Part shown: positions 53,171 to 62,949 of the stretch, in pieces | Position numbering within the stretch: the first letter of the stretch is position 1 | Layout: each line of letters begins with the position of its first letter | NCBI GenBank assembly: GCA_016186795.1 | Contig: JACPKY010000001.1 | Location: 65,357 to 129,356 of the forward strand | Length of the DNA stretch: 64,000 nucleotides | From: Candidatus Gottesmanbacteria bacterium | GTDB taxonomy: Bacteria > Patescibacteriota > Microgenomatia > 2-02-FULL-39-11 | Reading direction: 5' to 3' | Notes under the pieces: model-generated | Databases searched by the model: none | What the model saw: only the letters and a program-made list of their open reading frames with translations | Told to the model about the DNA's origin: nothing | Program-made: the position numbers and the translations under genes

Positions 53171-54679
53171 CCACGTTCTCCCGTCCTTTTCTAAAAGACG
53201 CTTTGCTTCATCTGGACCCCAACTTCCAGGAATATAGATTGGAAGAGGATACGTCTCATTTTTCTCCCAAACATGCAATATTCTCGTGATAAACTCCCAA
53301 CTTGCAGCTAACTCATCACTTCTATTAAATAACATCTGATCTGCTTGAAACGCCGAGAGTAATACTCGTTCATAGGCTTCTATTGGCTTTCTGCCGACAA
53401 AGGACTGCTCATAGTGCATCTCTAAATCAGCCGGTTTCATGACAAATTTATGCTGTGGCTCTTTGGTAATAAAACGGATTCGAATTCCCTCTTTGGGGCT
53501 TATACAAAAAGTAAGAACATTCCCCTCCTCCGGACATCCGTATTCTTTAAAGAGGATATGACATGTCTGTTTAAATACTATTGAGATTTCTACCCTATCC
53601 TCCTTCATTCGCTTACCGCTTCGTAAGTACCAAGGTACTCCTTGCCAACGGGCAGAATCTGAAAAGACTTTCATTGCAACAAACGTCTCTGTTTTGGATA
53701 ATCGATCGACACCTTTTTCCTCTCTATATGGACCATATTGGCCGCGGATAACGTGAGAGTTTACCTCACTTTCTTTCAAACACCGAAGCGATTTTATTGC
53801 CGAAGTACGAGCGTCACGCACACTATCACCTGAGAAACTCTTTGGCTGTTCCATAGCAATAAGAGCAAACATTTCAAGTACATGATTTTGCATTACATCC
53901 CGAAGAGCTCCAAGTCCATCGTAGAGCTTACCCCTTCCATCAACTCCACCGGCCTCAGCCATGGTAATTTGGATATGATCAACATATTCCTTATTCCAAA
54001 TCGGCTCAAAGATACTGTTAGCAAATCTAAATGTAATAATGTTTTGGATTACCTCTTTGCCAAGATAATGATCAATTCTATAAATTTGTTTTTCTTCAAA
54101 CGTAGCTGCCAGCTTCTCTTCAAGTAACTTTGCCTGGTCTATATCTTTTCCAAAGGGTTTCTCAATAAGAATTCTTGTCCAACGGTTACTACCCTGTCCA
54201 CAACCTTCTGCAAGTTTTGTTTTTTCAAGCTTTGTCAAAATTGTTGAATAATTTTGCGGGGGAGTTGCCAAATAAAAAAAACGACTAATACACGCGCCCA
54301 TTTGTTTATCAAATGAGGAAAGAAGTTCTATAAGCTTTCCATATGGGCTATCATCTTCAAAAAGACCCTCTTGATAAAAGAGATTTTTAGAAAGTTTATT
54401 CCAGACTGATCCATCGACATTTTTTGTCAGTCTCTGTTTATCCAAGGATACTCTGATCATTTTCCGGAACTCCTCATGTGACATTGGACGACGGGAAAAA
54501 CCAACGATGAGAAACGCCTCAGGAAGGATCTTTTGTGAAAGTAAACTCAAAAGAGCCGGTATAAGTTTTCTTTGCATCAAATCCCCTGTTGCGCCAAAAA
54601 TGACCATGACGAAAGGAGAAATTGTAGGATTCATAGCCGCTTTATTTTTCTTTCTTATGATGCGAACTGCCAATTGCAC
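53165..54679 (-). CDS. zwf: Glucose-6-phosphate 1-dehydrogenase
   Basis: NADP-binding [21 protein letters not shown], active-site [16 protein letters not shown]. Confidence 0.85.
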   Translation of the reverse strand: MQLAVRIIRKKNKAAMNPTISPFVMVIFGATGDLMQRKLIPALLSLLSQKILPEAFLIVGFSRRPMSHEEFRKMIRVSLDKQRLTKNVDGSVWNKLSKNLFYQEGLFEDDSPYGKLIELLSSFDKQMGACISRFFYLATPPQNYSTILTKLEKTKLAEGCGQGSNRWTRILIEKPFGKDIDQAKLLEEKLAATFEEKQIYRIDHYLGKEVIQNIITFRFANSIFEPIWNKEYVDHIQITMAEAGGVDGRGKLYDGLGALRDVMQNHVLEMFALIAMEQPKSFSGDSVRDARTSAIKSLRCLKESEVNSHVIRGQYGPYREEKGVDRLSKTETFVAMKVFSDSARWQGVPWYLRSGKRMKEDRVEISIVFKQTCHILFKEYGCPEEGNVLTFCISPKEGIRIRFITKEPQHKFVMKPADLEMHYEQSFVGRKPIEAYERVLLSAFQADQMLFNRSDELAASWEFITRILHVWEKNETYPLPIYIPGSWGPDEAKRLLEKDGRTWL

Positions 54680-55028
54680 TCAGAATTAATGCAAGAAACA
54701 GAAAACCCCACCCTGCAATATAGAAAAGTATAGGAAAAAGGTCAGACAGAATAAGGTTGACGATCCGTTGAAGTTTGAAATGAGGTTGAACCGTAATGAG
54801 AGATCGTAATGTCTGTTCCCGAAGACCAGTTATAATATGTTTGTCGTACTCATAGGAGAAAAGAAGGATAGCAAATGCCAGAAGAATGAAAGTTGAGACC
54901 CGTGATGGTCGATAAAGAGAGAGACTAATTCCAAGAATAATCCCCATGAAGTAGGCAAATGCTTCATAGTTGTGGGAAAAAAGAAGATACACTGTTACTA
55001 TGATATTCTGTTGAAGATCCGGAGCCAT
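54642..55028 (-). CDS. Hypothetical small membrane protein (128 aa)
   Basis: Three or four TM helices. Sits between pgl and zwf in the same orientation. Confidence 0.4.
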   Translation of the reverse strand: MAPDLQQNIIVTVYLLFSHNYEAFAYFMGIILGISLSLYRPSRVSTFILLAFAILLFSYEYDKHIITGLREQTLRSLITVQPHFKLQRIVNLILSDLFPILFYIAGWGFLFLALILSAIGSSHHKKEK

Positions 55029-55040
55029 TCTCTTATTCTA

Positions 55041-55823
55041 CTAGATTTGAACATCAGTAAAAAGGTGAACATACTTTATTTCATCTAAGATTATTGCTGG
55101 AAAAATACCAAGGTTTTTCCTATTGTGATAGTCCTGTAACTTTTTTAAAATGGATCTTTTCTTCTCACCAACAACATAAACAACAGCCACATCCATCAAT
55201 CGAAGAGCTTTCGGAGTTAAAGTAATCCTTTGAGGAAATTGTCCTGTGTTTCTATAACCTACAACGAGGTGATCTATGTTCCATTTCTGTCCGTACCCAG
55301 GCAAGAGTCCAGCGGTATGGCCATCCTTCCCCATCCCTAGAAGAGCAATTTTATAAAAATCTTCCGAAAATAATTGCTTTATTTCTTTTTCGTATCCTTG
55401 TGCCGAAATCCCGAGCGTCCCTTTTTGAGAAACTAGATGTACCGGAATATTTTTCCCTTTGCAAACGTTCCAAAGTCCAGTTTTGCCTATCTCAATAGCA
55501 TTAATAGAGCTTGTGTTCTTTTGTCCTCTGTTTACTGTTATCTGTTTACTGTTATCTGTTTTCTGAGATGGCTGGAATCGTTCATCAACTTGCGCAAGAG
55601 CAAGATGGGTATGTCTCACTTGTTTAAGATAAATGCCGAATTGGACATAAACATCTACCAAACTTCCTCCGGATAAAAAGAGGGAAACTCCTTTGTTTAA
55701 ATTCCTCTGGAGCTGAGATAAAATGAAAACCACTAAATTTTCAATAGTTTTCTCTCTGGATACAAAAGTATGGACTAAAACACTCTCCATTGATTTAATC
55801 TTTCTTTTGAAGAAGATCAGCAA
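55041..55823 (-). CDS. pgl: 6-phosphogluconolactonase-like (NagB/Pgl family) with an internal low-complexity insertion
   Basis: LFLSGGSLVDVY and LLGMGKDGHTAGLLPG match the Pgl/NagB family. The central segment QPSQKTDNSKQITVNRGQKNTSS is encoded over a 14-bp tandem repeat. Confidence 0.55.
   Translation of the reverse strand: MLIFFKRKIKSMESVLVHTFVSREKTIENLVVFILSQLQRNLNKGVSLFLSGGSLVDVYVQFGIYLKQVRHTHLALAQVDERFQPSQKTDNSKQITVNRGQKNTSSINAIEIGKTGLWNVCKGKNIPVHLVSQKGTLGISAQGYEKEIKQLFSEDFYKIALLGMGKDGHTAGLLPGYGQKWNIDHLVVGYRNTGQFPQRITLTPKALRLMDVAVVYVVGEKKRSILKKLQDYHNRKNLGIFPAIILDEIKYVHLFTDVQI
55528..55565. repeat. 14-bp tandem repeat (ctgtttactgttat x2 plus a partial third) inside pgl
   Basis: ctgtttactgttat ctgtttactgttat ctgttttctg. 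Confidence 0.6.
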
Positions 55824-56892
55824 GTTTTTCTTTTATTCTCTCGGTTACTTCAACAAACACAACTCCTTCTTCGGGTTGGCCGTACAAAACGACTGACCCT
55901 AAAGGAGCAAGAAGAATAGCCGGCACCCCGGCAAGGTCATCTTCACCGTCAACCACAATGATGGTTGATGTAAGATTAAAAACTGCACGATGAAATGAAT
56001 CATAAATTGCATCAACAAGATTTTTTGTAATGGTACTAGGCGGATTGAATGCCTGTACTCGTATATATTGTTTGGCATCGGCGGATTCGCTCAGGATGAC
56101 AGAATCAGGAAATCCCAACTCAGAAATTGAATTATATTTCCTGATTCTGTGCACTTTAAAATCAATAACCGCGATATGGATTTTTTGATCAATGGTATTG
56201 AACAGTTTGGTTACCTCATCCCCAATTGTGATCACAAGATTTTCTTTCTTTAACTTCGCTTGGAGAATATCTGTTAGTTCACCTAAGTTGTTTGGGTTAC
56301 CGGCAACAAGTTCCCCTTGTGGTTTCTTCAGTTTCTGCCGGATATCTTCTGGAATACCGGACTCAAAAAAGCAAAGAGATCTATAGAGATGACCATATCT
56401 ATCAATTTCACCCTGCCGAATCCGGGTTGATGCAATTGAACGGTTATCTTCGGCCATTATCAAAGGTACTTCAATAAGTTTGAGTTTGGGAAGATTTAAC
56501 TCAACTCTTTTTCGATTTACCTCTTCTCCTCCTTTTTGTGAATCTTTTGTCACTACAAGAGCTTGGATCTGGGTCCTTTCTATAGCAGGTCCATAGACAT
56601 CATGAATTTCCACAATTTCCGCCCGTGGTAAGAAACCTTTTTCCTTCAAAAAATTTTCTAACTCTTTTTTTCTCTCTCCAAATTTTTGATATGTGATATG
56701 TATTTTTGATTTTTGTCCGCCAGCTGGCGGATTGATTTTTGATTTTGTGTAAACATCCGATGTTAATCCAATAATAACTTTGTCGCTTAACTCAAACGCC
56801 TTAAGGATAAAGGATTTGTGTCCCTGATGGAGACGGTCAAAGGTACCAGCAATGGCAACAACGGGATACGAATATGAAGACTGTTGAACCAT
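55795..56892 (-). CDS. Predicted bifunctional CoA-biosynthesis enzyme: archaeal-type phosphopantetheine adenylyltransferase (cytidylyltransferase fold) fused to a DUF359 GTP-dependent dephospho-CoA kinase-like domain
   Basis: N-terminal VVAIAGTFDRLHQGHKSF (the (H/T)xGH nucleotidyltransferase motif), IIGLTSD, and SIASTRIRQGEIDRYG (ISSTxIR motif) as in archaeal PPAT. C-terminal half has ...VITIGDEVT..., ...IAVIDFKVHR... and IIVVDGEDDLAGVPAILLAPLGSVVLYGQPEEGVV, matching my recollection of DUF359 (archaeal DPCK). Confidence 0.45.
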   Translation of the reverse strand: MVQQSSYSYPVVAIAGTFDRLHQGHKSFILKAFELSDKVIIGLTSDVYTKSKINPPAGGQKSKIHITYQKFGERKKELENFLKEKGFLPRAEIVEIHDVYGPAIERTQIQALVVTKDSQKGGEEVNRKRVELNLPKLKLIEVPLIMAEDNRSIASTRIRQGEIDRYGHLYRSLCFFESGIPEDIRQKLKKPQGELVAGNPNNLGELTDILQAKLKKENLVITIGDEVTKLFNTIDQKIHIAVIDFKVHRIRKYNSISELGFPDSVILSESADAKQYIRVQAFNPPSTITKNLVDAIYDSFHRAVFNLTSTIIVVDGEDDLAGVPAILLAPLGSVVLYGQPEEGVVFVEVTERIKEKLADLLQKKD

Positions 56893-56906
56893 ATAATAAA
56901 TATAAA

Positions 56907-58298
56907 TTAGAATGTTCCGGAAAGGAGTTTTTCGTACAATTCTCGGTATTTTCCAGCACTTTTCTCCCAGGAAAAATCAGTTTGCAATGCATTTTGTACC
57001 ATCGTCTCATATGACTTCCTATGGTTTTTCCAGATATTGATTGCTTTTGATACAGTATTTTCCAGAGACTTTGCCGAATAATTCTCAAATAAAAATCCGT
57101 TGAACCCATCCCGTATGGAATCGGCAAGTCCTCCGGTTTTGTGAGCAATGGGAAGTGCTCCAAACTCCATCGCACTCATCTGAATAAGCCCACATGGTTC
57201 AAATCTCGATGGGATAAGAATGAAATCTGCTCCACCATATATTTGATGAGCTAAAATTGTATCAAAGGTAAGTCTTGTTGCAATGGTTTTCGGATAAAAC
57301 GTTGATAACCATTGAAACCGATCTACCCATTGAATGTTACCCGATCCAAGAACTATCATCTGGTAGTCGTCCCGGTTACTCCCCTGCAGCATCTCGTAAA
57401 GAATTTCAATTCCTTTTTGGTTTGGGTCAAATCTGCCGATAAACGCAAGAAGTGGAATGGCGTTTCCTACTTTGAGCTTCAGTTTCCTTTGCAAAAACAG
57501 CTTATTCTTTCGCTTTACTTCTTCCCAATCAGGAAGTGTTGGAATCTTCACATAGCGATTGTTTTTCCAATGGTTCTGAATGCCATTGAGAATTCCAAAT
57601 AGCCTTCCTTCTTTTCCGCGTAATATTTCATCCAAACCCATCCCGTATTCTGTCGTTGTGATCTCCCGAGCATATGTTGGAGAAACTGTTGTGACAATAT
57701 CAGTATGAATAATTCCTTCCGCAAGCATTCGAGACGTTTCGCTACTGCCCTCCCACTTGGATACTTTCGATGAAAGATGTGGATATCCCATTTTTGTAAA
57801 GACTCCAAGCGGTATCGATCCCTGATATAAAAGATTATGGATGGTAAGAAGTGTTTTCATGGGAATCTTTTCCTCCTTTAAAAGAAGGGGAATAAGTCCT
57901 GTATGGTGATCGTTACAGTGGATAATATCCGGCCTCCAGTCGAGAATTTTCTGCTTGATGATGGAAATAATAACGCTATTGAAGAATGGGAATGTATCTG
58001 GAGGTTTTGGAACATCAAAAAAGGTGGAATTTTGCAAAAGGTATACGGAAATAGCCGAAGTAGGATGACGAATGGTAAAAATTTCAATTCGCTCTTTTTT
58101 CCTATCATAGGCAAGAGTGAGATTTCCTATTTTTGTTTTCCGCGATTGGTGAAGTTTTATCGCCTTGTAGTAAGGCATGATGACCCGTACTTCAACTCCG
58201 AGTGTCGACAAAGCTGCAGGAAGAGAGGAAGCAACATCCCCAAGACCTCCCCTTTTTAAGAACGGATCCATTTCCCAGGAAACAAAAAGAACGTTCAT
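56907..58298 (-). CDS. glgA: Glycogen/starch synthase (GT5, GlgA-like)
   Basis: MNVLFVSWEMDPFLKRGGLGDVASSLPAALSTLGVEVRVIMPYY is the GlgA N-terminal K-x-GGL motif. C-terminal GT-B domain with ...SRFEPCGLIQMSAMEFGALPIAHKTGGLADSI. Confidence 0.8.
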   Translation of the reverse strand: MNVLFVSWEMDPFLKRGGLGDVASSLPAALSTLGVEVRVIMPYYKAIKLHQSRKTKIGNLTLAYDRKKERIEIFTIRHPTSAISVYLLQNSTFFDVPKPPDTFPFFNSVIISIIKQKILDWRPDIIHCNDHHTGLIPLLLKEEKIPMKTLLTIHNLLYQGSIPLGVFTKMGYPHLSSKVSKWEGSSETSRMLAEGIIHTDIVTTVSPTYAREITTTEYGMGLDEILRGKEGRLFGILNGIQNHWKNNRYVKIPTLPDWEEVKRKNKLFLQRKLKLKVGNAIPLLAFIGRFDPNQKGIEILYEMLQGSNRDDYQMIVLGSGNIQWVDRFQWLSTFYPKTIATRLTFDTILAHQIYGGADFILIPSRFEPCGLIQMSAMEFGALPIAHKTGGLADSIRDGFNGFLFENYSAKSLENTVSKAINIWKNHRKSYETMVQNALQTDFSWEKSAGKYRELYEKLLSGTF

Positions 58299-59482
58299 CG
58301 TGATGCTTTTTTCATCTTTATCACCTTCTGATAAACTTTTTCATATCCACCAACGAAAGTGCGGATGGAAAAATTCTTTTCGACGTGCAAACGTGAGTTT
58401 TCTCTCATTTTTTTATATTCGAAAGGAGCGAGTGATTGAAGTTTTTTCAACGCTTCGATAAGTCCCTTTTCACCAACCTCTTTTATTAGATAGTCACCTG
58501 TTCTGTGATTGCTATCTGAATTTACTAAAAATCCCGTTACCCCATCAATTACAATTTCCGAAACTGCTCCCCTCGCAAATGCAATAACTGGAGTCCCACA
58601 AGCCATCGCTTCAATCATGACCATCCCAAACGGCTCCTCCCACTCTATGGGAAAAAGAAGCGCCTGAGCACCTCCATAGAGAAGAAACTTATCCCTCCCG
58701 TTTACCATCCCCGGTTTTCCGATGAGCTTGTTCCCCAAATAGGGCTTTACGCTGTTGACAAAATAATCTGATTCATGTGTTGCGTCAGGAAATTCAGTCC
58801 CAATCTCGAGCCGATTATTAACTGCGAGACAAGCAGAAATTGCATGGTGGAGTCCTTTTTCAGGGATGAGTCTTCCCATAAAAAGAAAATAATCCGATGC
58901 CTCTTTATATACAGGAAAATGTTGAGATTTTACTCCATGGTAGACTGTATCAATAAAATTTAATTTCAAATCTTTATGATGGCGAAATGAATTACTGATT
59001 GAGACATATGGATGATCTTTGAATTTTTTCAAAAGCCAGTAGACAAGCCCGTTTTCCTCAATCGGTAAAGGATCATGAAGCGTATACACTGTCGGAACAA
59101 GACTTAACGTATCAAAAAAATGAGCCATCGTATCATGGTATGAATGAATAATATCGAACTTTTCTACCTTTGCCATTTTGTAGCAACGAGAAGTCAAATC
59201 TATTTCATAGTTTCTTTTCAATCCGAAAAAACTAGACCATTTCGCTCTTTCAGTATAGCCTCGCATTTTTTCCTCAATCATATTTTTCCCAAGCAAATTA
59301 GGATCTCCTGAGATAATCTTAGCCTTTGTCGGCGTATCGGGGGTTGTAAAAAAATAGACTTCGTGTCCCTCACTAACTAGACCATCCGCAAGATCAATTG
59401 CAAGATCTCGAGGGGCAAATATCATTTCCCCATATCGTTTTGGAGACATATAGATGGATGGCAAAAGAAGTCCTATTCTCAT
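58295..59482 (-). CDS. Glycosyltransferase family 4 (GT-B, GT1 domain)
   Basis: EEPFGMVMIEAMACGTPVIAFARGAVSEIV (EX7E motif region). Confidence 0.75.
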   Translation of the reverse strand: MRIGLLLPSIYMSPKRYGEMIFAPRDLAIDLADGLVSEGHEVYFFTTPDTPTKAKIISGDPNLLGKNMIEEKMRGYTERAKWSSFFGLKRNYEIDLTSRCYKMAKVEKFDIIHSYHDTMAHFFDTLSLVPTVYTLHDPLPIEENGLVYWLLKKFKDHPYVSISNSFRHHKDLKLNFIDTVYHGVKSQHFPVYKEASDYFLFMGRLIPEKGLHHAISACLAVNNRLEIGTEFPDATHESDYFVNSVKPYLGNKLIGKPGMVNGRDKFLLYGGAQALLFPIEWEEPFGMVMIEAMACGTPVIAFARGAVSEIVIDGVTGFLVNSDSNHRTGDYLIKEVGEKGLIEALKKLQSLAPFEYKKMRENSRLHVEKNFSIRTFVGGYEKVYQKVIKMKKASR

Positions 59483-60567
59483 TGAATTGATCCTTTCGGA
59501 TTATGTGTTGCAAAAAAACTATCTGTCACCTCTCCTACCGTTTTTGCTAATATGCGATACGATTGTGTCGTTTCCGGTGCAGAATATTCTTTTGTTACCG
59601 GACGCATCTCACTAGCTTGGAAGGCTTTCTTGAAAGTAGAAAAATCAAAATGCTCGTCAAAACTATCTGGTAATTTATTATATATATCAGGAACGGCAAT
59701 ATCACGTTCCTGGTAATACCGTTTAAAACTGGTTGCTATTTCCCAAAATCTCCTTGGCGACACAATTGATGCTAAACGAGCCGATACATAATATGGATTA
59801 TTCCGTAAATTTTCCATCTGAATTGATTGTCCCTTATACGTAATCTCTTCATGAGGGGCAAAAGGAATTAGATCCTCGTATATCCGACCTATCTCAGGCT
59901 GAGTCTTGTCCAGATTCGCATAAATTTTCTGATAGTCAGGATTGTAACCATAATGCCGAAGAACTCGCTCCGTAGATAAAACAGTAACTCCTCTTTTATC
60001 CAACCCGAATGCTTTGATCGTTTCCCAAAGCCTGGGAATATGCCATTCAGATGACATAATCGCTAAATTCCCTTCCCAATATCCTCCAGCCTCCTTATCA
60101 AGAAAATTAATACCTTCCAAAATATTAAAGGTCGTTGAACTGGCTTTAGTATCCAATATTCTCGTTTTCTGATCGGCAATTTGTCTTTGCTCAGGACGTA
60201 TATGTTGTGGCTGAGTTCTATCGTACGTTGCGGCTAAAAGGCTAGCCTCGGTTAACGCTTGTTCAATAGGATGAGAATGAGGATTATTTTTTGCACTATC
60301 GTAACCGCTTAAAATGACTCTTTCTGTCATTCCACCGACAACAAGTAATTTTGCTGCCACAGCATTAAGCGTCGTATATATATTTTTCGCAACAGGATTA
60401 TCTTCTTCCATAACTAAACCTCTTCCTACTCCTTGTACTAATTGATTATTACTCTTAGCCGGCTCTAGATGTCTTCGGAGAGCCAATGGACCCATTCCAC
60501 AAACAATGACTCCATCAAGTGGTGCTTTCCCAACAGTTTCAACTCTTGGTGGACCCTCTCCGTTCAT
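59479..60567 (-). CDS. Hypothetical protein (362 aa) embedded in the glycosyltransferase cluster
   Basis: No motif recognised with confidence. Starts 4 nt inside the upstream GT4 gene. Confidence 0.4.
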   Translation of the reverse strand: MNGEGPPRVETVGKAPLDGVIVCGMGPLALRRHLEPAKSNNQLVQGVGRGLVMEEDNPVAKNIYTTLNAVAAKLLVVGGMTERVILSGYDSAKNNPHSHPIEQALTEASLLAATYDRTQPQHIRPEQRQIADQKTRILDTKASSTTFNILEGINFLDKEAGGYWEGNLAIMSSEWHIPRLWETIKAFGLDKRGVTVLSTERVLRHYGYNPDYQKIYANLDKTQPEIGRIYEDLIPFAPHEEITYKGQSIQMENLRNNPYYVSARLASIVSPRRFWEIATSFKRYYQERDIAVPDIYNKLPDSFDEHFDFSTFKKAFQASEMRPVTKEYSAPETTQSYRILAKTVGEVTDSFFATHNPKGSIQ

Positions 60568-61651
60568 ACGAATAATTTTTCAAAACTTTCTCTAATGCTT
60601 TCTCATACCCATTGACCATTTTTTCAATCGTAAAATTTTCCTCAATGTGCTTTCGACAATCCTCGCGCCGAATAGAATTTATTTTCTTGACTGCTTCTAC
60701 CATCCTTACTTCACTATTATCTTCTATAACAAAACCGGTCTTACCATCAACTACTATCTCAGTAATTGCACCGTTTCCAAAAGCAACAACCGGCGTCCCA
60801 CAGGCCATTGCTTCAATTAATACTAATCCGAACGGCTCTTCCCAAAGAGTTGGAAATAGAAAGCCTCTTGCTTCTTGATACAGGGTAACAATCTCTGATT
60901 TGGAAATTTCTCCAACCCATTGAATGTCTGTTCCATTGATATGTGGGGCAATTTCCGTTTGATAATACCCCTGATCTTTTATTCTCCCTCCGATTTTAAG
61001 TGGAACACCGGCTTTTTTTGCTACACGAATTGCAGCTACCGGATTTTTGTTTCGAGCAATTGATCCGAGATAAAGGAAATAATTCTTCGGTGTATCATTG
61101 TATGCAAAAACCCCCGTATCTACTCCATTGTAAACTGTCGCTATATAGTTTAAATGTGGGTACGCTTTTCTTTGCGCATTCGATATTGAAATAAGCGGAG
61201 TCTTATATTTTTCTAGTTGAGAAACAAGTTCATCAAAAAGAGGCAAATGCATCACATGAACAACCGGTTTCTTGATATAGTGAAGGACCGGTAAAACTAT
61301 TGATTCCCCTCTCAAATTATTTAAAACTATATCATAATCATTTTGCCGTTTTATAAGTTCTTCCAAAACATTCCCCAGTTGGGCAATTTCAAGGCGAAGT
61401 TTATACGATGATCCAATCCGGATAGTATCCTCATCTATCTTTTTCCCAACGCCTAAAAGCGTTTCTCCGACTCCAATATCAACAAGATCAATATGTGCAT
61501 GATGAATCGTTGATGTCCCCGGTGCAAAAAGGGAAACCTTGTGATTTTTCGCGGCAAAACCAAGCGCTTGAGAATATACAAGCTGTTCTATTGCGGCCTG
61601 TCCAGACGGAGGAATTGAGGTAGATACCGATCCTAAGAGCGCAATACGCAT
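60539..61651 (-). CDS. Glycosyltransferase family 4
   Basis: EEPFGLVLIEAMACGTPVVAFGNGAITEIV. Confidence 0.75.
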   Translation of the reverse strand: MRIALLGSVSTSIPPSGQAAIEQLVYSQALGFAAKNHKVSLFAPGTSTIHHAHIDLVDIGVGETLLGVGKKIDEDTIRIGSSYKLRLEIAQLGNVLEELIKRQNDYDIVLNNLRGESIVLPVLHYIKKPVVHVMHLPLFDELVSQLEKYKTPLISISNAQRKAYPHLNYIATVYNGVDTGVFAYNDTPKNYFLYLGSIARNKNPVAAIRVAKKAGVPLKIGGRIKDQGYYQTEIAPHINGTDIQWVGEISKSEIVTLYQEARGFLFPTLWEEPFGLVLIEAMACGTPVVAFGNGAITEIVVDGKTGFVIEDNSEVRMVEAVKKINSIRREDCRKHIEENFTIEKMVNGYEKALEKVLKNYSYERRGSTKS

Positions 61652-61711
61652 GAATCTATCATAGCGGGAATTAGTGGAGGAGTAAAGCTGAAGGAGTGGG
61701 AAAATTCGGTA

Positions 61712-62917
61712 CTATTTATTCCGGACAAGACCCCGATATACGCTATCAAATCGCTCTGCAATTTTTGTCCAAGTAAATTTCTCCTCAACTGTCTTTCTTG
61801 CGGCAAGACCCATTTTTCTACATTTTTCCTCGTTAGTAAAAAGTCCATTTACTTCTCGTACTATCTCTTTACTATTTCGGGGACGGACAAAGATCCCATT
61901 GACGCCATCTTTTATTGCCATGACAGTTCCTCCCTTTCTGGTGACAATGACAGGAGTACTACTTGCCATGGCTTCAATCGTTGTCAGTCCCAATGGCTCA
62001 TCCCAGACAGCTGGAGAAACAAAAACATCAGAAAGATAGTAAAGATCGATAACTTTTGCAGGGTCATTAAAAAACCCAAGCATGGTCACGTTTTTCAGGT
62101 TCATATCCTTTATCATTTGCTCTAAGAATTTCTTTTGCGGTCCATCCCCTGCTATCACCACCTGACCATGGATGTTTTTGGCAGCTTTCACAAGATACGC
62201 TACACCTTTCTCACTGATAATACGACCAGTAAATAGTGCAATCTTCTTCCCTTGAAGGCCTAGTTCTTTCCTTAAACCATCAGTGTTTTTACGAATGGGA
62301 AACATACTAAGAGGAATGCCACCAGGAATTGTCCGGGTTTTTTGGGAAAGATTTGTCCCAAACATTTTAATAAGTTTTGCTCTGGTATCACCAGATACGA
62401 CTGTAATGGCAGAAGCGGCATTCAGCGCGTCTCGACTCAAGCGGAAATAGCGACGATCACGGCTAATAGCATGGATGCAACTTCCATGAGAGGTAACAAT
62501 GAATTTAATGCCAAAAATGCTACGAACAAAACGCGCAGCCCAACTATTCACTGCGACATGATGGACGTGAATAATATCCGGTTTGAAACTGTTCACTGCT
62601 TCGATTGTGCCATCAATGAACCCTTTATAGAGATCCGCAATCTCACTTGGGTTCAGTTCTGCATATCGCTTGGATTTTGGAAGACCAGGTCTTCCGATAA
62701 AAACGGGAATTTGCGGAAGTTTTATTGGGAAAATGGGAATCCTTGGATCAAAGACATGCTTTTCAGGAGCAGCAATTGCTATTTTATCCTTATAATGGTA
62801 TCTCTCTACCAGCCTAAGTGCCAAATACTTCACATAGGCACCTGATCCCCCACCATGGAGAGGAAAATCATAGAGGAACAGAATCTTCGGTCTGCCATTT
62901 CCGTTTCCTTTCATCAT
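61712..62917 (-). CDS. Glycosyltransferase family 4
   Basis: DEPLGLTTIEAMASSTPVIVTRKGGTVMAI. N-terminal GT4 donor-binding domain with HVHHVAVNS. Confidence 0.75.
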   Translation of the reverse strand: MMKGNGNGRPKILFLYDFPLHGGGSGAYVKYLALRLVERYHYKDKIAIAAPEKHVFDPRIPIFPIKLPQIPVFIGRPGLPKSKRYAELNPSEIADLYKGFIDGTIEAVNSFKPDIIHVHHVAVNSWAARFVRSIFGIKFIVTSHGSCIHAISRDRRYFRLSRDALNAASAITVVSGDTRAKLIKMFGTNLSQKTRTIPGGIPLSMFPIRKNTDGLRKELGLQGKKIALFTGRIISEKGVAYLVKAAKNIHGQVVIAGDGPQKKFLEQMIKDMNLKNVTMLGFFNDPAKVIDLYYLSDVFVSPAVWDEPLGLTTIEAMASSTPVIVTRKGGTVMAIKDGVNGIFVRPRNSKEIVREVNGLFTNEEKCRKMGLAARKTVEEKFTWTKIAERFDSVYRGLVRNK

Positions 62918-62949
62918 GAACTTGATAGTACAGATTCAAGGTAAGAAAA

